Part shown: positions 19,604 to 28,751 of the stretch, piece after piece
Position numbering within the stretch: the first letter of the stretch is position 1
Layout: every line of letters begins with the position of its first letter
IMG/VR virus record: IMGVR_UViG_3300037264_004923
Coordinates: 37,764 to 101,763 of that record
Source of the DNA: a virus
DNA: 64,000 nucleotides
Direction: 5' to 3' (one strand)
Program-made: the position numbers and the translations under genes
Notes under the pieces: model-generated
The model's database searches: none
Seen by the model: the letters and a program-made list of their open reading frames with translations, nothing else
Told to the model about the DNA's origin: nothing

Positions 19604-21548
19604 CTTCTTCCTTCTTTCCCTTCTTTGAGGATTTGAAGGTAAGCGCGGTCTTCTCAGGATTCAGCCCAACAGCGGCCTTGCTATTCTCTTCTATCTCATT
19701 AGAGAGAATGGCGCGAGCCAGTGGAGTATTCAAGTGTCGCTTGATTGCTCTGCGCAAAGGTCGGGCTCCGTACTTCTTATCGATACCACTATCGAGCAAG
19801 AAATTTTTAGCGGCGACACTAAAATTCAAACCCACGCCCTTGCCCTTCTGAATCTGATCTTTCACTTCATCCAACAAGATGTCCAGAATGCTTAGATAGT
19901 CATTCTTTTCGAGCTTGCGGAAATGAACGATCTCGTCCACGCGATTCAGGAACTCGGGCTTAAATCTCTGCTTCAAAGCTTCGTCTCGTGCCTTGGAAGA
20001 CTTTAGGTCCGTCTGGACAGATACATCTCCAAAACCAAGGGTCCTACTAATCTCCGAGACTTCTGCTACCCCAATGTTAGAGGTCATGATAATCACACAC
20101 TCATTAAATGGAACCTTTTTGCCCTTGTTATCGGTTAGTTCTCCGTCGTCGATGATTTGAAGGATACGATCATGAAAGTTAGAATGGGCTTTCTCGATCT
20201 CGTCAAAGAGAATGACAGAGAAAGGGCTCTTGGAAACTTCTTTGGTGAGATGCCCACCATCATCATAGCCAACATACCCCGGCGGGCTTCCCGCAAGTTT
20301 AGCGGACTCGTGCGGTTGCTGATAATCTTGGCAATCAATCCTCACTAGGGGGGCTTCCAAGCAATCTGCTAGAACCTTGGCGGTTTCAGTTTTGCCAACA
20401 CCTGTATTACCGGTGAAAAGAAGTACACCAAGAGGTTCGTGTGGTCTTTTGAGCCCCACAGACGCACGTTGGACAGCATCTGCAATGTGGTGGATTGCTT
20501 CATCCTGCCCAACAACCTTCTGTTTCATCTTATCCGCCAAAGAAATCAAAGTTTCCTTGGACAGATCAGCGAACCTCTTGCGCTTACGAGAAGATACAAT
20601 CTTATCTTCAGAGCCAGACTGGGCGATGCGTCGATTGTTTCTAATCTTGGATCTCTCCCGGGTCTTATACTGGGTGCGGACAGACTTCAAATCTACGCTC
20701 TCGAGCTTCAAAAAAGGATTGTGTTCGATGACAATCGCATAGAGTTCTTCCATTAGAATTTCGGGCTTAATCTTTTCAGAAATACCCAACTGATCCAACA
20801 GCTGGAAGACATCAGAGAAGTCTTCCACGCAACGTTCCACTACAAGAATGTGATAGCCACGGGTAGATTCAAAGGGGCTTCCGCCCAACAAGGATACCAA
20901 CGCGGCATCGCTCTCTTCGTACTTGCGTACATTAACATAGAGCCCGAGGCGATCCCATTTGTGTCCAACTAATTCATATGGAACGTCCACATTGCCTCCA
21001 CCGGCAGAATTAGAGAATGGATTATCAGGAACGTCTTCCGCGGGAGGTGCATCCAAGAGGGGCGCATCCTCATCATCTTCGCGGAATGGATTATCATCTG
21101 TCTTGTAAGGGGTAGAAGTAATAATGGCTGGACCAAAATTAGACAGCGGCGGATCTTGATCCCACAAATCGTTAGAAGTAAGCGCACGGCCCTTTTCTCC
21201 TGCACGCACCGAAGACTTCGTCTTCAGAATGTTATTCTGATTGATGACGATGTTTTCTGGTTTGAATCCTGGGCTGTGCCTAAAGATAAGATCGAGGGCC
21301 TCTTTACGGATCTCTGCCAGTTTTACGATTAACTCGGCTCTCTTGCGAATGTGATAGAAGAAGGGGCCTGCGTTCGCCATGCAAGTCCCGATAACAAAGT
21401 CTTCATAGAGATGGCGATAGATCAAACCCTTCTCAGAAGCCAGAACGGAGAGCTTATCATTTACGTCCGTCTCTGGAAACTCCAGGATCAGGACATAGAA
21501 ATCAGCTGACTCCAATAGCACATTGTGAGTAATGTACTTCTCCACCAT
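19593..21548 (-). CDS. Clp/Hsp100 ATPase with a single D2-type AAA+ module, novel N-terminal half and LGF ClpP-docking loop
   Basis: VVGQDEA, GNTGVGKTE, GSPPGYVGY, LFDEIEKAH, IMTSN, TLGFG, FKPEFLNRVD, YGARPLRR; only one Walker A. Confidence 0.88.
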   Translation of the reverse strand: MVEKYITHNVLLESADFYVLILEFPETDVNDKLSVLASEKGLIYRHLYEDFVIGTCMANAGPFFYHIRKRAELIVKLAEIRKEALDLIFRHSPGFKPENIVINQNNILKTKSSVRAGEKGRALTSNDLWDQDPPLSNFGPAIITSTPYKTDDNPFREDDEDAPLLDAPPAEDVPDNPFSNSAGGGNVDVPYELVGHKWDRLGLYVNVRKYEESDAALVSLLGGSPFESTRGYHILVVERCVEDFSDVFQLLDQLGISEKIKPEILMEELYAIVIEHNPFLKLESVDLKSVRTQYKTRERSKIRNNRRIAQSGSEDKIVSSRKRKRFADLSKETLISLADKMKQKVVGQDEAIHHIADAVQRASVGLKRPHEPLGVLLFTGNTGVGKTETAKVLADCLEAPLVRIDCQDYQQPHESAKLAGSPPGYVGYDDGGHLTKEVSKSPFSVILFDEIEKAHSNFHDRILQIIDDGELTDNKGKKVPFNECVIIMTSNIGVAEVSEISRTLGFGDVSVQTDLKSSKARDEALKQRFKPEFLNRVDEIVHFRKLEKNDYLSILDILLDEVKDQIQKGKGVGLNFSVAAKNFLLDSGIDKKYGARPLRRAIKRHLNTPLARAILSNEIEENSKAAVGLNPEKTALTFKSSKKGKKEEDAD

Positions 21549-21561
21549 TAGGATCTCCCTA

Positions 21562-22434
21562 TTAGAGTTGCGCTGCCTTGATTACCTGAATAGCCTGTTC
21601 CCGGGTAAGTTCTTCGAAAGAACTCACGGGCTGCCCATGTCCATCCACAATTGCTGCGAGAGCAATCAGAGCGGACGGAGTCAAACCCTTTCTGTTTGCC
21701 AGGTTGGTCATGGCATTCAACTGTGTAGAGTTGGGACCAGACGCTTCGGCATTGCTGGTGAAAGGATTTGCTCGAGGCGCCGCGGGGGCCGGCACAGAAA
21801 CTGGACGAGCAGGCGGAGGGGTCGGCTTCGCAAGAGGAGCCGGATTAGCTGCTCCCGCTCCTGAGAACGGATTGCCCGCAAGCTTTGGTGCTGGAGGAGC
21901 CACGGGCTTTGGGGGCGCCGGAGGAGCAACTGGTCGTGCCGGAGGAGCTCCGACAGGCGGGCGAGGGGCGGCAGGAGCTGGAGAGGAAGGGCGGGGGGCG
22001 GGGGCCGGAGGAGTTCTAAACTGCGGCGGAGTAGGAGGAGGAGCCGCGGGCTCTTCATCCTTGTAAAGCTCCAGACCAAGCCCAAGCAGGGTTGCGCATT
22101 TCTTCAAAGCGTCACTTGCGGCGCCCTTGAAAGCGGATCCAACATCAAGACCGCGGGTGATTTCGCAAGAACCAAACTGCTGCTTGGCGACATACTTACC
22201 GTCGGTGGTAGGAACAGAAAGCTCCAGACCAACCACAGCAACGTTGTCAGCAAATACATCATGGGAAACGATACGAGTGTTCCATTCACCACCAAAAGCT
22301 TCGTTCAAAGTATCGATAACGAAGTCCGGAGTAATGTAGGAAAACTCCAAACCGCCCTTGCCTGGGCGAGTCTGAATTTTATCCTTGGGAAGAGCACGAG
22401 TTAAAACGGCAAAAGCATTAGAATCAAGGGACAT
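21562..22434 (-). CDS. Rad52/Rad22-family (Sak-like) single-strand annealing protein with Pro-rich linker
   Basis: RPGKGG..FSYI, LNEAFGGEW, KGAASDALKKCA..LGLGLELY. Confidence 0.9.
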   Translation of the reverse strand: MSLDSNAFAVLTRALPKDKIQTRPGKGGLEFSYITPDFVIDTLNEAFGGEWNTRIVSHDVFADNVAVVGLELSVPTTDGKYVAKQQFGSCEITRGLDVGSAFKGAASDALKKCATLLGLGLELYKDEEPAAPPPTPPQFRTPPAPAPRPSSPAPAAPRPPVGAPPARPVAPPAPPKPVAPPAPKLAGNPFSGAGAANPAPLAKPTPPPARPVSVPAPAAPRANPFTSNAEASGPNSTQLNAMTNLANRKGLTPSALIALAAIVDGHGQPVSSFEELTREQAIQVIKAAQL

Positions 22435-22727
22435 TATTGGTTCTCCACTAAAGAGGCGGTATTATTTTCCGCCGAAACATAAACATTCCCGGCAGGTAAA
22501 GACATACCTTCGCGAGGAAAAATAGCTGTCTTGGTCAAACGATCAGACAACCGCAGCTTACAATCCAGCAAGTATTCATTTACCTGCGGATCATTTAGCA
22601 TACATAGGGCGGTCAGCATCACACGGGTAACATCGCTACCCCCGGTGACCAGCTCGCCAAAGCTAGGATAGGATTTCACGACGGGGATGCCTTCTTCCGC
22701 CGCGCTTCTTCCATCAAAAGAACTCAT
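22434..22727 (-). CDS. Hypothetical protein
   Basis: 97-aa ORF with AAGGAG RBS and upstream promoter. Confidence 0.75.
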   Translation of the reverse strand: MSSFDGRSAAEEGIPVVKSYPSFGELVTGGSDVTRVMLTALCMLNDPQVNEYLLDCKLRLSDRLTKTAIFPREGMSLPAGNVYVSAENNTASLVENQ

Positions 22728-22748
22728 TGTAAATCTCCTTACAACTCA

Positions 22749-22781
22749 ATAATACGACAGGGGACGATAGATGTCAAGAAT
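22749..22781 (-). promoter_or_regulatory. sigma70-type promoter (ATTC-TTGACA-17bp-TATTAT)
   Basis: -35 at 22777-22772, -10 at 22754-22749. Confidence 0.8.
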
Positions 22782-22789
22782 ACTTCCAG

Positions 22790-23299
22790 CTACGGCATGA
22801 ACATACGTAGTCGTCGGTTGTACCAACCCTCCAAAATGTTGGAACTGCTATTTTCTTTCGGATCTCCCACACCAGTAATAACCTCGATACCGCACTCCTG
22901 GCAGGTTTCCCATTCCGGAATGGTGGCCGCGTCTACCCGGTCTCCGCCTTTGGTAAAGACATCGGGTTGAATCGCTTTCAGGGCTTGTATCACGGTAGTG
23001 TCATTTTCTATTTCAAAGGACACCACATAATCTACGCCACGAATAGCAGAAACTACCCCACAACGGTTGCGCAAATCCATAAAGGGAGCCCCCTTCTTAT
23101 GTGCCAGGAACCAATCTCCGTTTACGATTACAACCAAGATGTCTCCATAATTCTTGGAATCTGTCATACAAGAGATGTGTCCCAAATGAATAGGATCGTA
23201 TCCCCCGGACGTCAATACTAACGTACCTTCAATAGAGTCCCGAATGTCCACAAATTCTTGTAGGGACATTATCGGAGCAAAACTAATCCTTTCGCCCAT
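22790..23299 (-). CDS. Cytidylyl/adenylyltransferase (RfaE/TagD-like)
   Basis: SGGYDPIHLGH, GVDYV, KGGDR, SSS. Confidence 0.88.
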   Translation of the reverse strand: MGERISFAPIMSLQEFVDIRDSIEGTLVLTSGGYDPIHLGHISCMTDSKNYGDILVVIVNGDWFLAHKKGAPFMDLRNRCGVVSAIRGVDYVVSFEIENDTTVIQALKAIQPDVFTKGGDRVDAATIPEWETCQECGIEVITGVGDPKENSSSNILEGWYNRRLRMFMP

Positions 23300-24032
23300 G
23301 TGTTTCCTCATACTTTTCAAAAGCCTCTACCAGGTCGGCAACTATTCGACTTCGAACAATGTCGTTTCTGGTAAATTCCACTACGGCAATACTCGGCACG
23401 TCTCTCACGATCTCTATTAACTTACCGAGCCCATTCTGAGTGTGCCGCGGAAGATCGGTCTGGTGGGGATCTCCGTTGATAACCATCTTACAATTCTCAC
23501 CCATGCGAGTTACGGCCATCTTCAGTTGTTCAAAGGTAGCGTTCTGGGCCTCGTCCAAGATTATGAAGCAGTTCGAGAGCGTCCTGCCTCGCATGTAAGC
23601 GAGTGGTGCGATTTCGATGTATTCCCGCTCGATTTTTTCCTTGGTGAGAGAGATCCCAATGATGTCATAAAGAGCATCGTAGATCGGGCGCATGTACGGG
23701 TCGAGTTTCTCTTCTAATCCGCCAGGCAAAAATCCAAGTTTCTCTCCTGCTTCTACTGCCGGGCGCGTAATAATGATACGCTTCATACCCGTCTTGGCCC
23801 AATGATGTTTCAGGGCTTCATAAACAGCAAGGTAGGTCTTGCCTACGCCCGCGTGCCCGGAACTTATAGTAATCGTGTTGTTCTCAATAGCATCCAGATA
23901 AAGTCTTTGACTTTCATTTCGTGGATAAACCTCACGAAGAGTCTTTATGCGGGGTGCCTTCTCTTGAGGAACTTGTTCTTGGTTTTCATAATCGGTCTTT
24001 GGTTGTTTAGTGCGTCGATTTTTGTTGGCCAT
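23283..24032 (-). CDS. phoH: PhoH family ATPase
   Basis: GHAGVGKT, RPAVEAGEKLGFLPG, YMRGRT, DEAQN. Confidence 0.95.
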   Translation of the reverse strand: MANKNRRTKQPKTDYENQEQVPQEKAPRIKTLREVYPRNESQRLYLDAIENNTITISSGHAGVGKTYLAVYEALKHHWAKTGMKRIIITRPAVEAGEKLGFLPGGLEEKLDPYMRPIYDALYDIIGISLTKEKIEREYIEIAPLAYMRGRTLSNCFIILDEAQNATFEQLKMAVTRMGENCKMVINGDPHQTDLPRHTQNGLGKLIEIVRDVPSIAVVEFTRNDIVRSRIVADLVEAFEKYEETHGRKD

Positions 24033-24070
24033 TTAGGAATTTACCCTCCTTATGCGAAGAGACTATTCAA

Positions 24071-24295
24071 CTAAAAAGCTCGAGAGTTAGTAAAGTCTAT
24101 CTTGAAAAACAAACGCGCAAGACCGAGCCAGAGGCGAAGAGTTGCCCCTCGCTCGTATTGATTCTGCCAGAACGTTAATGAAGGCCAGGCAGGTGTCCGA
24201 ATGTAAGAAGGGTGCGCCGTCAGGTCAAAAGAAATGTCCATCTCTTTCTTGCGCCAATAAGGAATTCTGAGTTGAAGGTTTAATACTCCAAACAT
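24071..24295 (-). CDS. Hypothetical protein
   Basis: Start placed at ATG 24295 behind a TAAGGAGG RBS. Confidence 0.6.
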   Translation of the reverse strand: MFGVLNLQLRIPYWRKKEMDISFDLTAHPSYIRTPAWPSLTFWQNQYERGATLRLWLGLARLFFKIDFTNSRAF

Positions 24296-24305
24296 AGTGT
24301 CCTCC

Positions 24306-24542
24306 TTATGCCTTACTTGTGCGAACCACCTCGTCAAAAATGAGTTGAAACAGATACCGAAACATAGGCCCGTCGTGCGTATCTGTGGTCCCACAATGGC
24401 ACTTGACATCTGTATTGACTCGGACTTTCTTCTTATGCTTGTCGCATAATTCGTCATAGCCCTTTTTCCAGATGTCGTATAGTTGTGCGAACGCCACTTC
24501 CGCGGCGTCCCCACATTTACTACAACGTAGCATCACGTACAT
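24306..24542 (-). CDS. Zn-ribbon hypothetical protein
   Basis: CSKC...CHC. Confidence 0.65.
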   Translation of the reverse strand: MYVMLRCSKCGDAAEVAFAQLYDIWKKGYDELCDKHKKKVRVNTDVKCHCGTTDTHDGPMFRYLFQLIFDEVVRTSKA

Positions 24543-24702
24543 TCAGTGCTCCTTCTGGTGCTACCAGAGGTGTCCGGTCCTCTGGTAGCGGGGGCGCGGT
24601 TTGCACCGCTTCCACCAGGAGAGGTTTAAGGTCTCTCTCCACGACTGGGCTCCCCGTTCTCGGAAGTTTTATCTCCCGAGATTGCCCTTGTTCTTCAACC
24701 AT
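24520..24702 (-). CDS. Hypothetical protein
   Basis: 60-aa ORF bridging the neighbouring genes. Confidence 0.45.
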   Translation of the reverse strand: MVEEQGQSREIKLPRTGSPVVERDLKPLLVEAVQTAPPLPEDRTPLVAPEGALNVRDATL

Positions 24703-25127
24703 TCCTGGCGTCGCCTTTCTACACGGGCAACGTTGGGATCTTCAAACTTGTAGGGGCAATTCTTACCCTCGCGTTCATAAACGAGAGTGTTATCTGCGCC
24801 GTAGATACAGGCGGTAAGGTTCTGTGGTTCGCGGGCGGTAGGATCTGGGTTCCTGATTGCTTCTGACATCTGACTTTCACAAGCAAAAGGGAAGCAGGGG
24901 TCCGTATCTTCGTCGTCATCCTCTAACGAGTAGAATTCTATGTTTGGACCAGTGTCATAGATGGGATAGAAGAAGTTGTTGCTGTTCCAACCAGACCATC
25001 CTCGATTCCAACTCCTAACTTCTCGCGATCTAACCGAATCAATACGCGTAGCGGCTCGTTGCGCCCAAGAAAAATCGGCGGGAATAACAAACAAAGCTAA
25101 AAGTAAAACCCACTTAAGCGTAGACAC
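24669..25127 (-). CDS. Secreted hypothetical protein
   Basis: N-terminal signal peptide (KWVLLLALFVIPADFSWA), four Cys. Confidence 0.65.
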   Translation of the reverse strand: MSTLKWVLLLALFVIPADFSWAQRAATRIDSVRSREVRSWNRGWSGWNSNNFFYPIYDTGPNIEFYSLEDDDEDTDPCFPFACESQMSEAIRNPDPTAREPQNLTACIYGADNTLVYEREGKNCPYKFEDPNVARVERRRQEWLKNKGNLGR

Positions 25128-25602
25128 CGAGGATGGCCTTTACTACATTCAGTCCTTCATCCAAAGTCTGAACGCGAAATCCAACACACTCTCTAATCAT
25201 AGCGTGCTCGTGAACGTTTCCTTTAGAAGGAACGAGGCCTGTATTCTCTTCAGCCGAAGGTTCCATAACAAGAACGACGGGAACTCTAACAGCATCTGCC
25301 CAAGCAATTTCCATAACCGTCCCGATAGATACTCGTTCAGCGCCCAGAAGATTTACCAGCAATACATCAGCCCGCATACAATCAAAGCGATCTCGGGTAG
25401 TGATAGCACGAGCAGTGCTCAGCGCAATATCCTCATACGAATCCCCAATAGCCTGTTCGTTTCGTAGATACTCTTTCGCGCGAAGAGGAGATACACCTAC
25501 AACACCAGCAGTGGATAGCTTTTCGCAAGCATACTTACGCCAGTCTGTACATCCTCCGTAGGATAGTCCAGTTATGGGACCTGCGAGATAAACATACGCC
25601 AT
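25114..25602 (-). CDS. Nucleoside 2-deoxyribosyltransferase / NDT-family N-glycosidase
   Basis: VYLAGPI, SP, ADVLLVNL, SIGTVMEIAWA. Confidence 0.85.
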   Translation of the reverse strand: MAYVYLAGPITGLSYGGCTDWRKYACEKLSTAGVVGVSPLRAKEYLRNEQAIGDSYEDIALSTARAITTRDRFDCMRADVLLVNLLGAERVSIGTVMEIAWADAVRVPVVLVMEPSAEENTGLVPSKGNVHEHAMIRECVGFRVQTLDEGLNVVKAILGVYA

Positions 25603-25695
25603 ACTAAAATCCTTTCACTACAATCATAAGACATTTTCTTGTGGCAAGAAAGGACAGGATCCTTCTTTGCCTATCGGCGGGAAACCAATCCCGCC

Positions 25696-26313
25696 CTACA
25701 GCAAGTAGGGCATATGCTTTTCGAAAAGAGCCTCCATTTCAGGAGTGATCGTTTCGTGATCATCATTTAGATGATCAGGCATAGTCGCTACCAAAGCTGG
25801 AATACTATAAGGCTCTTTACCAATCTGATACCACTTACCATGCTTTACCAGTAGGTGGTAGAAATAAACATAGGCGTTAGCCATCTTCGTATAGAGATCC
25901 CAGTCTCCAGGCAAATCCATCTCTCGTGCCATCGCAATAGTTCTACGCTCACAATCTAATTCACAACGCAGGCTGTTCATAGCATGATAACGGGCTCGCT
26001 CTTGGGTCAAAGTTCTCTCTCCTGCCAGCCAAGGCCACAGAGTTACATCAGATTCGCCGGCAGGACCCCAAAGAGGAGACTCCTCGGCCCACTGCAGCAT
26101 GTGATTGTACTCATGTACTGCCACGGGAAACCAAATCTGAAAGTCCCTGCCCGTACAATAAGCAAGCTTGGGGCCTCCGTTCCTCTCGTCATTGAAGAAG
26201 CCGTTGCTTTTGGTAGATTCAAACTGAACAAAGGTTCCAGGGTAAACTTCCAGCTCTACGCCGAGAAGAGCGCATTCCTTTTTGATGAAGTCTTGAAAGT
26301 CTTCAGCGTTCAT
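25696..26313 (-). CDS. Zincin-like (HExxH) hypothetical protein
   Basis: VHEYNH plus downstream ELDCERR. Confidence 0.65.
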   Translation of the reverse strand: MNAEDFQDFIKKECALLGVELEVYPGTFVQFESTKSNGFFNDERNGGPKLAYCTGRDFQIWFPVAVHEYNHMLQWAEESPLWGPAGESDVTLWPWLAGERTLTQERARYHAMNSLRCELDCERRTIAMAREMDLPGDWDLYTKMANAYVYFYHLLVKHGKWYQIGKEPYSIPALVATMPDHLNDDHETITPEMEALFEKHMPYLL

Positions 26314-26347
26314 TTCTTTTCCTCTTCAACTTTTTGGGCGGCGGAAT

Positions 26348-26385
26348 AAAAAGGTGCCCAGCTTCTGTTGCTGGCGGCTGGGCGC
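26348..26385 (-). terminator. Terminator / 3' end of the tmRNA coding piece
   Basis: GCGCCCAGC...GCTGGGCACC followed by TTTTT on the minus strand. Confidence 0.7.
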
Positions 26386-26676
26386 GCCCCTTACTTTATG
26401 ATCGGGTTAGGATCTTAAGCAGTGAGTGTCTTAGCAGGCGCGAGGGTTTCTTTAATAGCAAGTTCACCCTTGTGCATTGCCGCGACATAGTCAGTTAGAG
26501 TCTGATTTAGACTTTGTAGCGCTTTTTTTTATCGCCTCGCTAACGATAGGTCGCGTAATCTCCCTCGCGTCGTCAGTCGATTCCAGTTCATCCCCAGGAT
26601 AAATAAACCTTGCTGGAGATGAGGGGATTCGAACCCCTGTGTTGTCCGACCTTAAGAGACACCGAATTACGACCAT
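26350..26676 (-). ncRNA. ssrA: Circularly permuted (two-piece) tmRNA
   Basis: In transcription order: T-arm AGGGG-TTCGAAT-CCCCT and CATCTCC-A (26621-26614); an 18-nt spacer; GGGGATG (from 26595) with D-loop AACTGGAATCGAC; G3:U70 pair; pk1 at 26517-26548; then a tag frame. Confidence 0.88.
26415..26492 (-). other. Predicted tmRNA tag reading frame (A)DYVAAMHKGELAIKETLAPAKTLTA*
   Basis: TAACT-GAC resume context after pk1; 25 codons ending GCT TAA. Confidence 0.6.
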
Positions 26677-26721
26677 CTTTTTCCCACCCGAAGGTGGGAA
26701 AAGTTCAAAATGGTTTCATCC

Positions 26722-26851
26722 CTACTTCACCCTACGTCCCTTCAAACGTAGGCAGGACTTACAGGTAACCTTTGACCAATCTTTTGATCTTGGCATAAAT
26801 CCATCGTTGTTTAGATTACAGCGCAGGGCGTCGTAAAAATAACCTCTCCAA
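26722..26851 (-). pseudogene. C-terminal part of a small phage Cys-rich gene split by the high-GC insert
   Basis: WRGYFYDALRC...WSKVTCKSCLRLKGRRVK*; joins in frame to MGEKHGG at 28982-28962. Confidence 0.7.
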
Positions 26852-26966
26852 GGTCCTCGTGTCGCGCGTCCTCTTGAACCAGCAGGAGCCGAACGTCCTC
26901 GCCAGCGCGCAGTGCGGCGTCGATGGCTACGGGGCCGGCGAGCTGGCGCACGCGAGAGTTCTTCAT
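26852..26966 (-). pseudogene. 5' fragment of a SpoU/TrmH-family RNA methyltransferase (within the insert)
   Basis: MKNSRVRQLAGPVAIDAALRAGEDVRLLLVQED resembles the RlmB/TrmH N-terminal domain; cut off at the junction. Confidence 0.5.
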
Positions 26967-26978
26967 CTGCCGTTCAGC

Positions 26979-28751
26979 TTACGGAAGAAATGCCGTGCAG
27001 ACATGAGAGATGCCCGGGGCGAGGCTCGCGAGCGCGCGGCGCAGGCGGACGGAGTCTTCGAGATCACAGGCCGCGCTGCCGCCGACGTCACACTTTTCGG
27101 GCGCGGCAGGCGCGCTCTCCGAGCCGGCCAGGAACGAACGCAACGCGCTCACATCCGCGGCATCGATCCGGCCGTCGTCGCTCGTGTCGCCACACTGACA
27201 GAGATCGCCAATCCCGTCGGGTGACGCCGTCGCGAGCCCGCCCGAGTCGGTCTGCTCCGCGTTCGCCTCGACCGGGCAGTCGTCGAGCGCATCCTGGATG
27301 CCGTCGCCGTCGAAGTCGCCGCTCGCCGCCGCGACCGTCCCACCGAGATGCCCGCGAACCAGTATGCCGTTCGGGCTGGCGGTCGCGAAGAGCACGTCCG
27401 CGCCGGCGAGTCCGCCAACGCTGTTCGCGTGCAGGATCATCGGACCCGGGCAGCACTCCTGGCCGATTGCGCCGGCGGGACTGGTGGCGGCGATCGTCTG
27501 GGCTACACCGAAGCGCGACGCGAGCAGTGGGTGCGGCGATGCGAGGTTGCGCTTGTCGAACGCGAGCAGCGCGAGACCGCCGTCGTTGTACGACGTCGCG
27601 GCCAGAAAGTCGCCCGAAGCGCCGAAGCTCACCTGCGAGACGTAGGAGTACACGCCGCTCGCGCCCGGCGGCGGAGAAAGCACGATCGGGTTCAGGCCGC
27701 CGCGGATCACCCGCTTGCGCAGACAGGGGACACCCCCGGCGCTCGCGTAGCTACCGTCGTTGCAGGAGGGCCGTTGCAGGCGCGCATCGACCGCCGCTGC
27801 GGGCAGCGCGGCGATTCCGCGCACGTCGACCGCGACGAGCTGGCGCAGCGTCGCGGAGCCGGCGACCGCGACCGAGCTCGTCGGGTCGAGCGCGAGTCCG
27901 CGACCCGACGGATTGCCCGGTCCGAGCGGAATGGAGCCGACGAGCCGGCCGGTCGACACCTCGAGCACGTCGATGCTGCCCTGACCCGTGACCAGCGGCG
28001 GAAAACCGGCGTCGTAGATCCCCGCGTTGGTCACCGCGACGCGTCCGCCGGGAAGCGGGGTGAGGGCGACCGGGTTCGGATCCGAGGTGATCGCGAAGAA
28101 CGGGCTCGCCGGTGTCAGCGTCGTCGTCGCTCCGGAATCGTCGAGCGCGAAGAAAAGCACCGTGCCGGGATTCCAGATCGGATTCGATCCGGCCTGGTGG
28201 ATGTTCGAGGTCGCGACGACCAGACGATTCCCGACGCGCAGCGCGGAGCTGGTGAAGCTCGTCTTGAACGACGTGATCGCGGCGCCGGCGCCGGAATTCT
28301 GGTAGCGCGTGAACGCACCCGTGATCGTGTGCTTGGTCGGCACCGACGTGCGACTCTGACCCGAGTACAGAATCGTGTACCCGGCGCCACTCGCGTAGTT
28401 GAACGGCACGACGAGCTCGCAGTTCGACGTCGTGATCCATCCCCGAGTGACTCCGGTTCCGCGCTCGAGCGCCACGTTCCCGATCGTCGGCTCGTTGAAG
28501 GGCGCCGACTCGGTGCAGTTCACATTCCCCGGCAGCGAATACGACGCGCCGACATAGGCGAGCGCTTGCGTCGGCGCGATTCGCACCTCGAAGACGCCCG
28601 GGCCGTTACTCGATGCGGCGATGAAGGCGCGGTCGGGGTTGGTCGGGTGCGTCTCGAGCGCGGGCGGCGCAAACGTGTCGACGAGCAACGTGTCGGTTGC
28701 GGCCGAGCCGACGGAGAGGGTTGCAGCGAGCAGGGCGGCCGCCACGCTCAT
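26979..28751 (-). CDS. Secreted beta-propeller-like protein with C-terminal TSP3-type and dockerin-like Ca-binding motifs
   Basis: Signal-like MSVAAALLAATL; DFDGDGIQDALDDCP and DGIGDLCQCGDTSDDGRIDAADV. Confidence 0.75.
   Translation of the reverse strand: MSVAAALLAATLSVGSAATDTLLVDTFAPPALETHPTNPDRAFIAASSNGPGVFEVRIAPTQALAYVGASYSLPGNVNCTESAPFNEPTIGNVALERGTGVTRGWITTSNCELVVPFNYASGAGYTILYSGQSRTSVPTKHTITGAFTRYQNSGAGAAITSFKTSFTSSALRVGNRLVVATSNIHQAGSNPIWNPGTVLFFALDDSGATTTLTPASPFFAITSDPNPVALTPLPGGRVAVTNAGIYDAGFPPLVTGQGSIDVLEVSTGRLVGSIPLGPGNPSGRGLALDPTSSVAVAGSATLRQLVAVDVRGIAALPAAAVDARLQRPSCNDGSYASAGGVPCLRKRVIRGGLNPIVLSPPPGASGVYSYVSQVSFGASGDFLAATSYNDGGLALLAFDKRNLASPHPLLASRFGVAQTIAATSPAGAIGQECCPGPMILHANSVGGLAGADVLFATASPNGILVRGHLGGTVAAASGDFDGDGIQDALDDCPVEANAEQTDSGGLATASPDGIGDLCQCGDTSDDGRIDAADVSALRSFLAGSESAPAAPEKCDVGGSAACDLEDSVRLRRALASLAPGISHVCTAFLP

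Noticed and set aside
21700-22085. GC-rich stretch as a second foreign insert or DNA repeat
   Set aside because: It is explained by the Pro/Ala-rich linker of the Rad52-family protein.
26589-26640. tRNA-Ala gene
   Set aside because: There is no anticodon arm and the halves are in reversed order; this is the tRNA-like domain of a permuted tmRNA.
26491-26836. ORF-track calls 26491-26676 (-) and 26639-26836 (+)
   Set aside because: They overlap the tmRNA and the split gene remnant and have no RBS or protein features.
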